Below are positions 1 to 14,799 of a stretch of DNA of 64,000 nucleotides, in pieces. The notes under the pieces were generated by a model. It ran no database searches and was not told the origin of the DNA. It saw only the letters and a program-made list of their open reading frames with translations. The stretch's first letter is position 1; every line of letters starts with the position of its first letter. The DNA is from the human T2T-CHM13v2.0 reference genome, Homo sapiens: NCBI RefSeq assembly GCF_009914755.1, contig NC_060937.1. One strand, given 5' to 3'. The translations under genes were made by a program, and so were the position numbers.

Positions 1-337
1 CCATGCCAAGGAAACCCCAATTCTCTAAAGGGGGCTTTTAGCAAACCTGTCCAATCTTTGTCCTGGAGGGAGCCATTATACTCATTATCCTGGTCAGAAA
101 ACAAATCTGCCCGATGCCCTGGTGAAAGACACTATCTCTGTGTTTCAAGGTTGTTTGCTACACAAACATCCTTGAAAAGACAGCCCAGGACAAAAGCTAT
201 CAACATCTTCTCAGAAGATGGATAGAAATACAAGAGCTCCATGGAGAACTTTCTCTTGACAGTTTTAATTTGGTTCTCGAAGGCTGAGTTTGATTTGGTC
301 AAGTAAGAGGAAAAGAACAGATGTTCCAAGAGGAAGA

Positions 338-624
338 TTTTTTTTTTCTTTTTTTTTGAGAAGGAGTTTCACTCTGTTGCCTAGTTTGGAGTCTAGTGGC
401 GCGCTCTCAGCTCACTGCAACCTCTGTCTCCTGGGTTCAAGCTATTCTTCTGCCTCAGCCTACAGGCATGCACCACCACACCCAGGTAATTTTTTTGTAT
501 TTTTAGTATAGACGGAGTTTCACCATGTTGGCCAGGCTGGTCTCGAACTTTTGACCTCAAATGATCCATCTGCCTCAGCCTCCCAAAGTGCTAGGATTAC
601 AGGTGTGAGCCTCTGCACCCAGCT
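338..624 (-). mobile_element. Alu SINE (AluS-like) with a small internal deletion
   Basis: Poly-T followed by the reverse-complement Alu body; GGAAGA(A)TTT on both flanks as probable TSD. Confidence 0.93.
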
Positions 625-1629
625 GGAAGAATTTTATGTGCGCATATTTATTTCACGACAGATCTCTTTGGACCTCAATTTCTTCATCTGTAGAACTAGA
701 ATATTAATACCTACTTTATAAGGCTGCTATGAAAACTACATGAGGTAATGTGTGTAACGTCCATATGGCATCCAGCCCCATGTCTGGCATGTAGCAGGTT
801 TAGTTCTTTTCCATTTTTCCCTGAACATATGGAATGTGGCTCTGCAGACTTCCCTGATATTAATAAAAAGGGGGAAATGAGAGACATTTAACTAGACCTT
901 TCACAAATGTTTTAACTGAGCATCTACTATGTGCCAAGCACCAGGCTAGACACCATGACTGTCCTCTTGAAGCTTATAGTATGCTTCATGGGAGAAATAG
1001 AGGAGAGTAGATTTGTCTTGCTTCTATCACATAAACTTGTAGAGGGCACGCCTCCAAAGTTTTATGGCAATCCATGTGATAGAAAGCTAGGGAATTATGA
1101 AGACATAGGCAGAGCATTAACCTAAAATAATAACAGTCAACAATATGCTCTCCCAGATCACACTGAGAAAAAGGATACTAGTAATTGCAGCAGGAAATGT
1201 TCATGTGAGCATTATTGCTACCAATATATGATTTTTTAGCCATCCATTTGATAAATATTTATTATTACGACATGTTGTACTTTGTTGTAGTGAATACTCA
1301 ATATGTCTTTTTTAAGGATGTTGTGCATAGTGATAGGTGCTGGAATTCCCTTGAGGGTGAGCTGGCTCCAGGGATAAGGACTTGATTTTGCAAAAGTTGG
1401 TGTCAATGTTCATCTTTATATGGATGAAGAGAGGTGTGAGAATCTGGGAGATACTGTGAATGAGATGTGAGATTTCAAGATGATTAGAATATTGATTTAT
1501 GGGATGATCCTAAATTAGACCGTGAATAAGGAAAGTTGTTACAATTTTTTATTTGTGAAGAAGGTACACAATTATTTGTTTTATTATAGACTATGTTTAC
1601 GCTTCAAATATTTTATGGAAATAAAATAG

Positions 1630-1925
<296 letters not shown>

Positions 1926-2652
1926 TGTAATTTTTCTGAGAGAAAATAGTTATAAAGATTATACCTGCTTTGAGGGTGAGACTTGATCCCATGACTGCTG
2001 TGTTAAATTAGATGCATTAGAATAGTATATGAAAAGCCAATTCTAGTTGGGTTTTCTGGAAGAACTATGGTAATAGCACCCTTTTCCTACCTTGTTTCCA
2101 GCATAGTGCAGACTGAATTCATTATTTGTCTAGAATCTACCTACTGGGCTAGATTGTGAAAAATGCACAGGCTGCCTGACAGCTGAGTGATGGAGGCTAA
2201 CCAGGAGGGGAAGTGAATAACCTTTGAAATGGGAAGCTGAAGACAAGCTGCAAGCAAAACCAAAGAGAGGAGTGCTTCCTCTATAGTTCCTATTATTCAG
2301 GGATCATGAGATGGGCTTTAGTCAATGCTAAGATCTGGCATCTTGTTCAGTGGCTTAAAGGAGTGATAGGACCAGCAAACAATTCAAAGGACCTCACCCC
2401 CCACCCCGCACCCCCACCCCACTACCATTGCTCTCACCGCCTCCCCTACCGCCCTGTGCTGTCTAGTGGGCTGCATTCCTTCAAGTTAAATGATACCTCT
2501 GGGACTTGCATCTCTCCAGAGTGATGGGGGCTAACCAGAAGGGGAAGTAACGTCTCAGTATCTCTGATCTGCATTTATGAGAAACAAAGCTTGGCACATA
2601 GTGCTGAAAGTGGGAGAAGACCTGAGAAATCCCAAGTGAGAAAGCATCTTCT

Positions 2653-3058
<406 letters not shown>

Positions 3059-4402
3059 GCTTTTTCTCTCTCCCACGTTAGTTCCCCTAGGGGTTCCCTA
3101 GTTAACCACATTTACTGCTAAATCTTAACATAGATTCTCAAACCTTTCCAAAACTGATGAAAGTGACAATGCAGGGATCATCATAATTTATCACAATTAT
3201 TTGTATCTAAGTCATGCTAATGTCTGGTACATTGAAAGGTCAGGTTAATACCAGTTTTTCCTAAAATCCTAGGGCTCCCAGGGTCTTGCATTTTAACATG
3301 AGTGGTATTTTTGTGAAATTAAAACACTTTTGTCTTTGTTCCATGCAAAACGCCTCCCTCCCTCCCTCTCGCTCATTGTCTCTGAACTTGGCCTTGATTG
3401 ACAAAATCCATTTCTATTAGGTAAAGCTGGTGAAAGCAGGAATGGTGTTTATCCAGGGCTTAAATTAAATCTTACAGAGCTTTTTCTCTGACTGCCCCTA
3501 GCTCCCTACAGTTTTCCGTCAGTAGACTTCCAAGGAAGCTTTCATTTAGCCAGCTGTTTGCTCCTATTTTACATGATGGTTCTCGGTGTTCAGCAGGAAC
3601 AAAGATCACGGATATTCCCATTTGGGTTTATCAGAAGCAACTGAGAACAACGAGCTCTTTTTATGTTGAAAATAGAGATTTAAAATTTATTCATAATCTT
3701 TACTTCTTCTCCCAACACATTCTCATCCCCATGGGCTCCTTTCTCTAATTAGCTATGCAAGTCTTGACACTAAAATTTAGCTACATGTTAATCTTTCATT
3801 TTTATTAGTATGGTGTCTTTATCTTCCTTCCTATATAAGCACAGTATATGCTTATATTTAAATACATTATATGTTTCCAAAAATGAGTACATTAAAATGA
3901 CAACTTATAAAAACATTCAGTCTAATTCTATTGGTGAGAAAAAAAAATACATCTTAAATATGTCACTTCACAACCACTGAGCCACTCCTGAAATGAAGTT
4001 ACTAGGTAGGTCTAATTTATACAAAAGAAAATGGAGTTGAACATTTACGAAGCTCCTACTATGTGCCAAGTGGAATGCTATGGATTTTATATCCATCATC
4101 GCCATTTAATCCTCACAGTGCTGTGAGCTGTTGTGTTGTTATTGTCAGACTTGGAGAGGGCACAACGAGTCCAAGCCTCCTGTCTGACACCAAAGCCTGA
4201 GCTGCCTACTAAATTATATTAGAGCCAACAGGAATCTTGGGGATTATCTAAGATAGTGGTTTTCCAAAGTATGGGATGAAATGAGGTGGTACACAGGGAC
4301 ACTGCATTTAAAATGCATTAAATACCACAGTGAAGAAGTTGATTTCAATACTGTTCTAATCCTTCTGGCGACATCTAGAGGAAATGCAGTTCCGTGTTCT
4401 GA

Positions 4403-4757
<355 letters not shown>

Positions 4758-5181
4758 TAGGTGTTAGAATCATAGTTTTAAAAGACAATACCTAGCAAAG
4801 ATATAATTCCATATTTAATTTTAATTATTTTTATAGCTATGGGAAAATAATGCTGGTTTTTCCACTTAAGAAGTCATGGATATTTTAATTCTCAAAGTAC
4901 ATGCAAAATAAGGGTATTGCTGTTACAATAAAAAGGCGATTTGCTGGTAGGAGAGTAGGTAGATTCACCTCTAAAAAAACAGGTGAAATAGTTTTCCCAC
5001 ATATGTGAAAGTAAAATTATCTGAACGACCTCTTTAAAGGCTTTTGATATAATTCTCCAAGTGTACATCTGGCGATTTACTGCTTTAGGTAATCAGAGGT
5101 CATAGTGTGGACCGCTTCTGATATAACATGCATGCATGTTCACTCAGCTTCTGGGGAGCCATAAGATACCTCAATATTCTG

Positions 5182-5718
<537 letters not shown>

Positions 5719-5798
5719 TTCTGCCCTATTCTAATGGACAGTGTCACTTGTTAACAGATTTCCTGAGACTGCTATTTAGGGCTGTCACATGCACCATC

Positions 5799-7560
5799 TT
5801 TTTTTTTTTTTTTTTTTTTTTTAATTAAAGTTCTAGGGTACATGTGCACAACATGCACGTTTGTTATATATGTATACATGTGCCATGTTGGTGTGCTGCA
5901 CCCATTAACTCGTCATTTACATTAGGTATATCTCCTAATGCTTTACCCGACCCCCTCCCCCCACCCCAGGACAGGCCCCAGTGTGTGATGTTCCCCTTCC
6001 TGTGTCCAAGTGTTCTCATTGTTCAGTTCCCACCTATGAGTGAGAACATGCGGTGTTTGGTTTTCTGTCCTTGAGATAGTTTGCTGAGAATGATGGTTTC
6101 CAGCTTCATCCATGTCCCTACAATGGACATGAACTCATCCTTTTTAATGGCTGCATAATATTCCATGGTGTGTATGTGCCACATTTTCTTAATCCGGTCT
6201 ATCATTGATGGACATTTGGGTTGGTTCCAAGTCTTTGCTATTGTGAATAGTGCCGCAATAAACATATGTGTGCATGCATCTTTATAGTAGCATGATTTAA
6301 AATCCTTTGGGTATATACCCAGTAAAGATGACTGGGTCAAATGGGATTTCTAGTTCTAGATCCTTGAGGAATCACCACACTGTCTTCCACAATGGTTGAA
6401 CTAGTTTACAGTCCCACCAACAGTGTAAAAGTGTTCCTATTTCTCCACATCCTCTCCAGCACCTGTTGTTTCCTGACTTTTTAATGATCGCCATTCTAAC
6501 TGGTGTGAGATGGTATCTCATTGTGGTTTTGATTTGCATTTCGCTGATGGCCAGTGATGATGAGCATTTTTTCATGTGGCTGTTGGCTGCATAAATGTCT
6601 TCTTTTGAGAAGTGTCTGTTCATATCCTTTGCCCACTTTTTGATGGGGTTGTTTTTTCTTGTAAATTTGTTTGAGTTTTTTGTAGATTCTGGATATTAGC
6701 CCTTTGTCAGATGAGTAGATTGCAAAAATTTTCTCTCATTCTGTAGGTTGCCTGTTCACTGTATGGTAGTTTCTTTTACCGTACAGAAGTTCTTTAGTTT
6801 AATTAGATCCCATTTGTCAATTTTGGCTTTTGCTGCCATTGCTTTTGGTGTTTTAGACATGAAGTCCTTGCCCATGCCTATGTCCTGAATGGTATTGCCT
6901 AGGTTTTCTTCTAGGGTTTTTATGGTTTTAGGTCTAACATTTAAGTCTTTAATCCATCTTGAATTAATTTTTGTATAAGGTGTAAGGAAGGGATCCAGTT
7001 TAGCTTTCTACATATGGCTAGCCAGTTTTCCCAGGGAAATTTATTTATTAAACAGGGAATCCTTTCCCCATTTCTTGTTTTTGTCAGGTTTGTCAAAGAT
7101 CAGATGGTTGTAGATATGCAGCATTATTTCTGAGGGCTCTGTTCTGTTCCATTGGTCTATATCTCTGTTTTGGTACCAGTACCATGCTGTTTTGGTTACT
7201 GTAGGCTTGTAGTGTAGTTTGAAGTCAGGTAGCGTGATGCCTCCAGCTTTGTTCCTTTGGCTGAGGATTGTCTTGGCAATGTGTGCTCTTTTTTGGTTCC
7301 ATATGAACTTTAAGGTAGTTTTTTCCAATTCTGTGAAGAAAGTCATTGGTAGCGTGATGGGGATGGCATTGAATCTATAAATTACCTTGGGCAGTATGGC
7401 CATTTTCATGATTCTTCCTATCCATGAGCATGGAATGTCCTTCCATTTGTTTGTGTCCTCTTTTATTTCGTTGAGCAGTGATTTGTAGTTCTCCTTGAAG
7501 AGGTCCTTCACATCCCTTCTAAGTTGGATTCCTAGGTATTTTATTCTCTTTGAAGCAATT
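5799..7560 (-). mobile_element. 5'-truncated L1PA LINE-1 (3' ~1.75 kb: ORF2 C-terminus, 3'UTR, poly(A)); 3' part of a U6-L1 chimera
   Basis: Minus-strand ORFs 7041-7595, 6372-6623 and 6023-6340 translate to L1 ORF2 motifs ([48 protein letters not shown]); poly-T at 5799-5822. Confidence 0.97.
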
Positions 7561-7667
7561 AAAAATATGGAACACTTCACGAATTTGCGTGTCATCCTTG
7601 TGCAGGGGCCATGCTAATCTTTGCTGTATCGTTCCAATTTTAGTGTATGTGCTGCCAAAGTGAGTAC
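7561..7667 (-). pseudogene. RNU6: Full-length (107 nt) U6 snRNA retrocopy fused 5' to the L1 fragment
   Basis: Reverse complement reads GTACTCACTTTGGCAGCACATACACTAAAATTGGAACGATACAGCAAAGATTAGCATGGCCCCTGCACAAGGATGACACGCAAATTCGTGAAGTGTTCCATATTTTT; the ACAGAGA box is mutated; it abuts the TSD directly, so the external U6 promoter was not copied. Confidence 0.97.
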
Positions 7668-8064
7668 CACATGCACCATCTTTTTTACAACATTTACAAT
7701 ACTCCAGTCTGGTATATATGAGCCCAACAGTGAACTTCATAAAAGAGAGATCTTTTTGTTGTTAGAACTGGGTTTCTCAAGTATAGCACCTCTGGAAAGG
7801 GAATGACTTTAACCTGTTATTTATTTACATTGTTGTAATTAAAAAGCAGTAATATAGATCTGCTGAGATGCTACAAAACTTCACCAACCTACCATCATCA
7901 ATGGTATATTCCCTAAGAATGGGACAATCCTGGGAAAGAGAAGCATCTGTCACTAGTCTTCTATTAAATTCTCAGCATCTACATCCAGAGCTTCGACTAC
8001 CACTTTGGCCATCTGATTTTCAATCTCCTTCATCTTCCTCTCCAGTTGTGCCTCTTCATCCCAT

Positions 8065-8315
8065 GAGATGATGTATAGTAACAGGCACTAAGGTGTGTGG
8101 GCTCCAGACTCAATTTACCAGGGTTCAAATCCTGGCTCTACCACTTCTGAGATTTAAGTTGTATACCACTTTGTGCCTCAGCTTCCTGACCTATAATAGG
8201 ATGATGCTATCTATCTCTCGTGGTTGCTGTAAGCCTAAAGGTTAAACAATTTGATCTATTAAAAGCACCAAAACCAGTGCCTTGCATGCAGCAAGTTCTC
8301 AATGTTAGTTATTTT
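8065..8315 (+). mobile_element. MIR SINE (approximate ends)
   Basis: GGGTTCAAATCCTGGCTCTACCACTT...TGTGCCTCAGCTTCC core. Confidence 0.7.
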
Positions 8316-8994
8316 CAACCACGTGGTACATGTTGTTTCCTGGATGCCCAGTCTATCCATTCATTCAGCCAACATGTATTTATTGAGCATTTATTATGTG
8401 CTAGGCACTGTTCAAGACACTTAAGATACACCAGTGGCAACACAGAAATACCCCCGCCCCTGTGGGACTTTCAGGTAGAGGTATATTTGTTTATATTAAT
8501 AGATAAAACTAAGTAAATTGTATACTATGTTAGAGAGTGGTAATGCTGTAGGACAAAAAAAAATGGAGATGGGCAATGGTCTTTGGAAGATTGGCAAGGT
8601 TTAAGATTTAATATATATGTTAAACACAATACTCTTTAAATAAAAATCATTTTTTTCCAGGAAAATTATATTCCCTTCTTGATTTCCATTTGCTGATAAT
8701 ATCTTTGTTACCCAGGCTTAGAAACTCAGTCACCTTATTTTCTTTTCTATTTTCCCCATAACCTGCCATTAAGTCCTATGTTTATTTTTTGCAATGTCTC
8801 TTGAACCTACCCAGATGTGAGCATTGAGGCCTGGGTTACTCAGTAGTGTTCTAACTAGTCTCTGCTTCTAACCTCTCCCTGCTCAAATCAAGCCTACATG
8901 TCACTAGCAAAGCAACTCCCAAAAAAAGCTTGACCATGTCCCCTTCTTTCTCTAATGCCTATGGAATTAAAGTTAAACTTTAAAAAAAATGTTT

Positions 8995-9860
<866 letters not shown>

Positions 9861-9927
9861 AAACACAAGTTGAATTAACAAAAGCATATATTAAAACAAA
9901 AGTACAGGCCAATACCACCAAAATGGT

Positions 9928-9933
9928 TTTATT
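9928..9933 (-). terminator. MZT1: Probable distal poly(A) signal of MZT1
   Basis: TTTATT on plus (AATAAA on minus) at the end of ~1.95 kb of AT-rich sequence free of interspersed repeats, downstream of the MZT1 stop. Confidence 0.6.
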
Positions 9934-10782
9934 TTTGTCATTGACAACAAGCACAACACTGCAATTGTATCATTATTTTGTTTAGTTTCTTAAATATTAC
10001 TTAAGTATGCATTAAAAATATGTTTACATTTTAAAAATGTGACACTTTAAAGAAGTCCTCTGTAAACACGATCCCTTCTCAATATATTTTCCTGCTTTGT
10101 TTCATACATAAATAACTTAATCTACAAAGTCATAAATAATACCATCAACTCTTATGGCCTGGAAGTATATACAAATTTTGGAGTCTGACAAAAGTGTTCT
10201 TTATGATTTTATAAATAACACATAGTATTTGTAGTGTTGATTATAAATCAAATGACTTTTTACAAATTCCTACTGTCTCCTCAACCTGTTCTACCAGTAA
10301 CAGATCTTCCAGTTTACTTGGTTGGTAAAGATGCCAGGCATTTAAAAAGTCAAAATGGTCAAAATTCTATATTAAAAAAAAAAAAGGCAGAGAAGGTTGC
10401 TATTTAAATATTACCAAATCTTAATAAAACCACTTCAGCTTGTCTGAAAAACAAAAAATGCTACTAAAGAGTGAATGCTTGTACAATCATATAAATGGTA
10501 CTCAATAAAATCTAAAATTTAAGAAATAATAAAATCAGATGAAATCCATATTAGTTTTGCAAAAAAACTCCACTGAGATTCTATTACAGGGACAGAATCA
10601 ATACTATTCTACATTTTCTAAAATTTATTTCTAATCTTCACTTTGATGAGTTAAAATTTTAAAGGCAAGAATAATGACAAACAAAACAATTCTGAAAAGC
10701 CATACTTATAATCCTTGACATCAAGATGTTAAAAAGGTTTTTTAAAAAAAGCCATACTTGAGATTCCTAATATAGAACATTT

Positions 10783-10956
10783 GATTGTTTAGTTTTGTTT
10801 AATGACTGGAAATCCTTATTTCTTCAAAAAATAGCAAGTATCCTTTGAAACACATCACCCATCTAATAAGATTGTTTAGTTTTGTTTAATGACTGGAAAT
10901 CCTTATTTCTTCAAAAAATAGCAAGTATCTTTTGAAACACATCACCCATCTAATAA
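10783..10956. repeat. Tandem duplication, 2 x 87 bp, in MZT1 3'UTR
   Basis: 10783-10869 and 10870-10956 are identical except 10843 C vs 10930 T. Confidence 0.97.
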
Positions 10957-11866
10957 TTTATTAAATAACCATTCAAGATTTATTAGGTAAGCACTAAAAT
11001 TACTTTTATGTAATAAAAGTAAATAGGAATTTTGCATGTTTGTTGTTTCATTTTACAAATTTTTTTATTCCGTTATTTATAGGATATAAAACTTTAAGAA
11101 AACATTCTCAACTAACATTCTCATTAGATGTAAATGATTCAAATTACAAATAATACTAACCTAAGCATTGTCATTACTTTTAAAATCCAAGTTTCTCAAA
11201 GTTTGATTTTTTTACTCAATACAAAAATGACCTGGTTCACACTATTAGCTGCCCAACAAACTGTTTGAAAAACTAAATATTCTTTGTTCAAGAGTAGATT
11301 ACAAGAAATGTTTTCCATGCTCTTATTTCAAAAAACAAGATTCTGATATACATAATGAATCTAAATAAAAATTCACAAGTGGTGGCTGAAATCCTGTCAA
11401 CTTTCAGCCCAATACAATATAAATCCACAGTTATAATGCATAAACAATTCAAAATTAAAGTTTATAATGGAAATGTCAACAAGTCATAACTACTACACAT
11501 TACTACTGATGGGTTCCACTATACTTCAACCTGGCACAGCAGATGTGCACATCTGATAGACAGACTGCTTAGAAAATTAAAGCTATCAGAGCTATAAATA
11601 AGGAATACATAAATATGAACATAGCAATGCCAAAGCATTAGAGCTGTTAAAAAAAGTGAATAAGATGTGATGTAAACACATCTGATAGTTCTCTCTGTAA
11701 GCCACTTTCCACTGATTTATAAAGCTATGGTTTTATAATTCTTTTAAAAAGTAAAATTTTTCTACACTGCTGCATGCAGTAATTTCATTGTACATTCTCA
11801 ACTACAATGCAATCTTCAAACCCTCTTGCAGAGCTTGACATATCTCATCAGAATTTCTCCAGAAAG

Positions 11867-11890
11867 TCAGCTTGTCATATTTTCAGCAGC
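11867..11890 (-). CDS. MZT1: MZT1 coding exon 3 (AAENMTS*)
   Basis: TTCTAG acceptor at 11891-11892; GCT GCT GAA AAT ATG ACA AGC TGA; completes a 249-nt CDS (82 aa). Confidence 0.95.
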   Translation of the reverse strand, partial: AAENMTS

Positions 11891-13724
11891 CTAGAACAAG
11901 AAAGTAAGATTCATTACAATAAAACCATGGAAAAAGAGGCATCATGAAGATAAATTTGTCAATACTGCACTGTCATTAACAAACAACTATTCCCCATAAA
12001 ACAGAACCACTTTTATCACAGTAATGCAGTGCTTTTCATGTTTTGCTATACATCAGGACTACCTTTTGAATGTACAGTTAACAGTCCACAGGCTAACAGT
12101 GGAAAATAGTTATATCACCTAAAATAATAGTTAAGAGCACAAAAAACATACTGCTACTTGAAACATTAACCTATGGCAGACCTGTTGCCACAGACTTCAT
12201 TAGTTTGTCTGTTTCTGTGTTTTATTCTAGTAATAGGGATTAAAAATGAAAAAGACCTTTCATGCTACAAGGCAGAGAGAACAAGAGCAAAAGATGAATA
12301 ATGAACATCTTATCTAATCCTGTCTCATCTACATCCCTAACTACTACTCTTTCCCAGGTGATTCTGAAGAAATTCCAAGATACCATATCATCAATAAATA
12401 CTTTGATACATTATTTCTAGAGATTTAAACAAATCACCATACTATTATCCTACCTAAAAAATTTCTTAACATCAATATAAAAAGATATAATTTTAAATAA
12501 GTTTAATTTTAGAAATATGTGTTAGTATTTTAATTCATTTACCTTTCTAACTCCTTTTTATAAGACCTACCTACACAGGGACACATCGCAGATTTACACT
12601 AAAGTATTAGTAACAGTACAGGACATCTGTAAGAGAAAGGGCAAGCCTTAGTCCACAGGACTCCACCATAATGGTATAACTTAAGACACTGGGGTACTAA
12701 AATAGAAGATACAGGGAAGTAGGTTTTGCTCAGAACTTCTCAAATTACAATATGTAGATGACTGCTTACACATAAATCCTAGAACTAAGGAGATAATATA
12801 AAAATTCAATGTCAATAAAGAATCACTAATCAAATGCACTTAATTAACAATCCTATTTATGCTGTGGGAGATATGTATAAAGTGGCCTATTTATGGCTGT
12901 TGAGTAACTTATGTAATTAGGGAGATACATAGCTAGCTACTTTTACTATAAATGACTTAGACCACATCAATATACAAATCTGTGAAAGTAAAAAGCAAAA
13001 AAATTCACAAAAAATAGTTACTGTTTTCTAAATAGTCAACCAAAGAGCAAAAGAAAAAAGGAATGTCTCAGACCAACAGTTTTTTGCAACATTTCAAGAT
13101 ACCCTTGATTTGTTATCCTACATATTCCAAAAAAAGAGACAATAAATACCATACAGTTAAATTCTAAATACCAGGAATTCTAGATAAAGATAGAACACAG
13201 CAGGAACAATTTCTCTTTACCTTAATTTTAAAACTGAAAGAAATTAACAAAAAAAAAAAAAATGAGAAAAAAATTCATGAGCAGCAACCACACAAGGCAG
13301 GGAGAAGAACCTTATGCTTGTAAAGCCAATAAAAGGGTGGTCAAGGAAAGGCAGGTGTGGCTCAGTGTATCTCTAAACCCACCAGCTCCCCAACTCTGTC
13401 CCAAATGGCAATAAGAGAGAACAAGACTTTAATCCAGGGAGAAGCAAACCGATGAGTTATTCTTTTTCAATTCACTGAAATCAAGTATAACACTTTTATT
13501 TTTAAAATAGCATGATACTATCTGGAATGATGTTCACCAAACATTATTGCAGGCAATCTCTTTGGTAATCTTGAGTGATTTTTTTTTAAATTTTTTGTAT
13601 TTTCTGAATTAAATATCTTAAAAGTATAAGGATGCATTACTTTCATAAAAATTATAGAGATTATGTCAATTACTTCAAAAAAACAAGTTGTAATAAATAC
13701 TTGTTTGCTAGAAACTCCCTAGTT

Positions 13725-14000
13725 GTTGCTGTTGTTGTTTTCACTCTGTTGCCCAGGCTGGAGTGCAGTGGCACAATCACAGCTTACTGCAGCCTCAAAT
13801 GCCTGAGCTCAGGCCATCCTCCTGAATAACCAGAACTACAGGTGTGTACCACCATACCCAGCTAATTAAAATAAATATTTTGTAGAGATGGGGTCTCACT
13901 ATGTTGCCCAAGGCAGTCTTAAACTCCTGGCCTGAAGTGATCCTTCTGCTTTGGCCTCCCAAAGTGCTGGTATTACAGGCGTGAGCCAGCACGCCTAGCT
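13725..14000 (-). mobile_element. Alu SINE (AluJ-like)
   Basis: Diverged reverse-complement Alu dimer. Confidence 0.88.
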
Positions 14001-14799
14001 GAAACACCCTAGTTTTAATGTGATGCTAGTATACTGTTTCTAGATCAGAGGAGAAATGCATTTTAAGAGGCTTTGTGTATGTGAGAGACAGATTTTCCAT
14101 TCAAATAGTCAACACTTTCTGATTCAGTGTATCTTAATTACTGATTTTACCTCCCACATCTCACTATGGCCCACTGGATGCAGAATAACTAGTATGCTAA
14201 AAGCTGAAAAAGCTATGTTAAATTGGCATTTCTGAACTGCCTATCCTAATATCGTAGCTTATATTTTGCCTAAGAAAATGCTATGCCAAAGCACTTGTCA
14301 GTCACCTGCCTCAGCTAGGTTTATTTGACTCTGGTTCTCTTATATGCACTCAAACTGTAGTACAAAACAAAAATATCTTCCTATCATGTTAATTCCCTTT
14401 CAAATTCAAGCACAGTAAAACAAAAACTCTTGCAGTTGTGGCAGATGTGTACTAAATAAATCTTTCCCTCAAAAATTTCAGAAATACACTGATAAAATAC
14501 TATAATACTCATTTTTATTTTTATTAAAAGTTATTAGATAATATTAAGTCAGGGAATGTGCCCATGCTAAAGCCCAAGGACTCTTGTTTCTAATAACGAC
14601 TTCATCTTTTCCTAAACTGCTGGCTCAGGAATTCTTGAGATTTTACTGGAGGAGAAAACTTAGTAGTTAAGTAAACAACTCTGAAGTCAGAGAGCCCAAG
14701 TTCAAATCTCAGGTCAATCACTAACTGTAAAGTTCTTAAGGTAAGTAAATTAGTCACCATAAGCTTCAGTTTCCTTAGCAGTAAACTACTAATAGTAGC

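Noticed and set aside
7561-7667. Functional U6 snRNA gene
   Set aside because: The ACAGAGA box is mutated and several CpGs have decayed. The copy is fused to L1 and flanked by a TSD, so it lacks the external PSE/TATA promoter.
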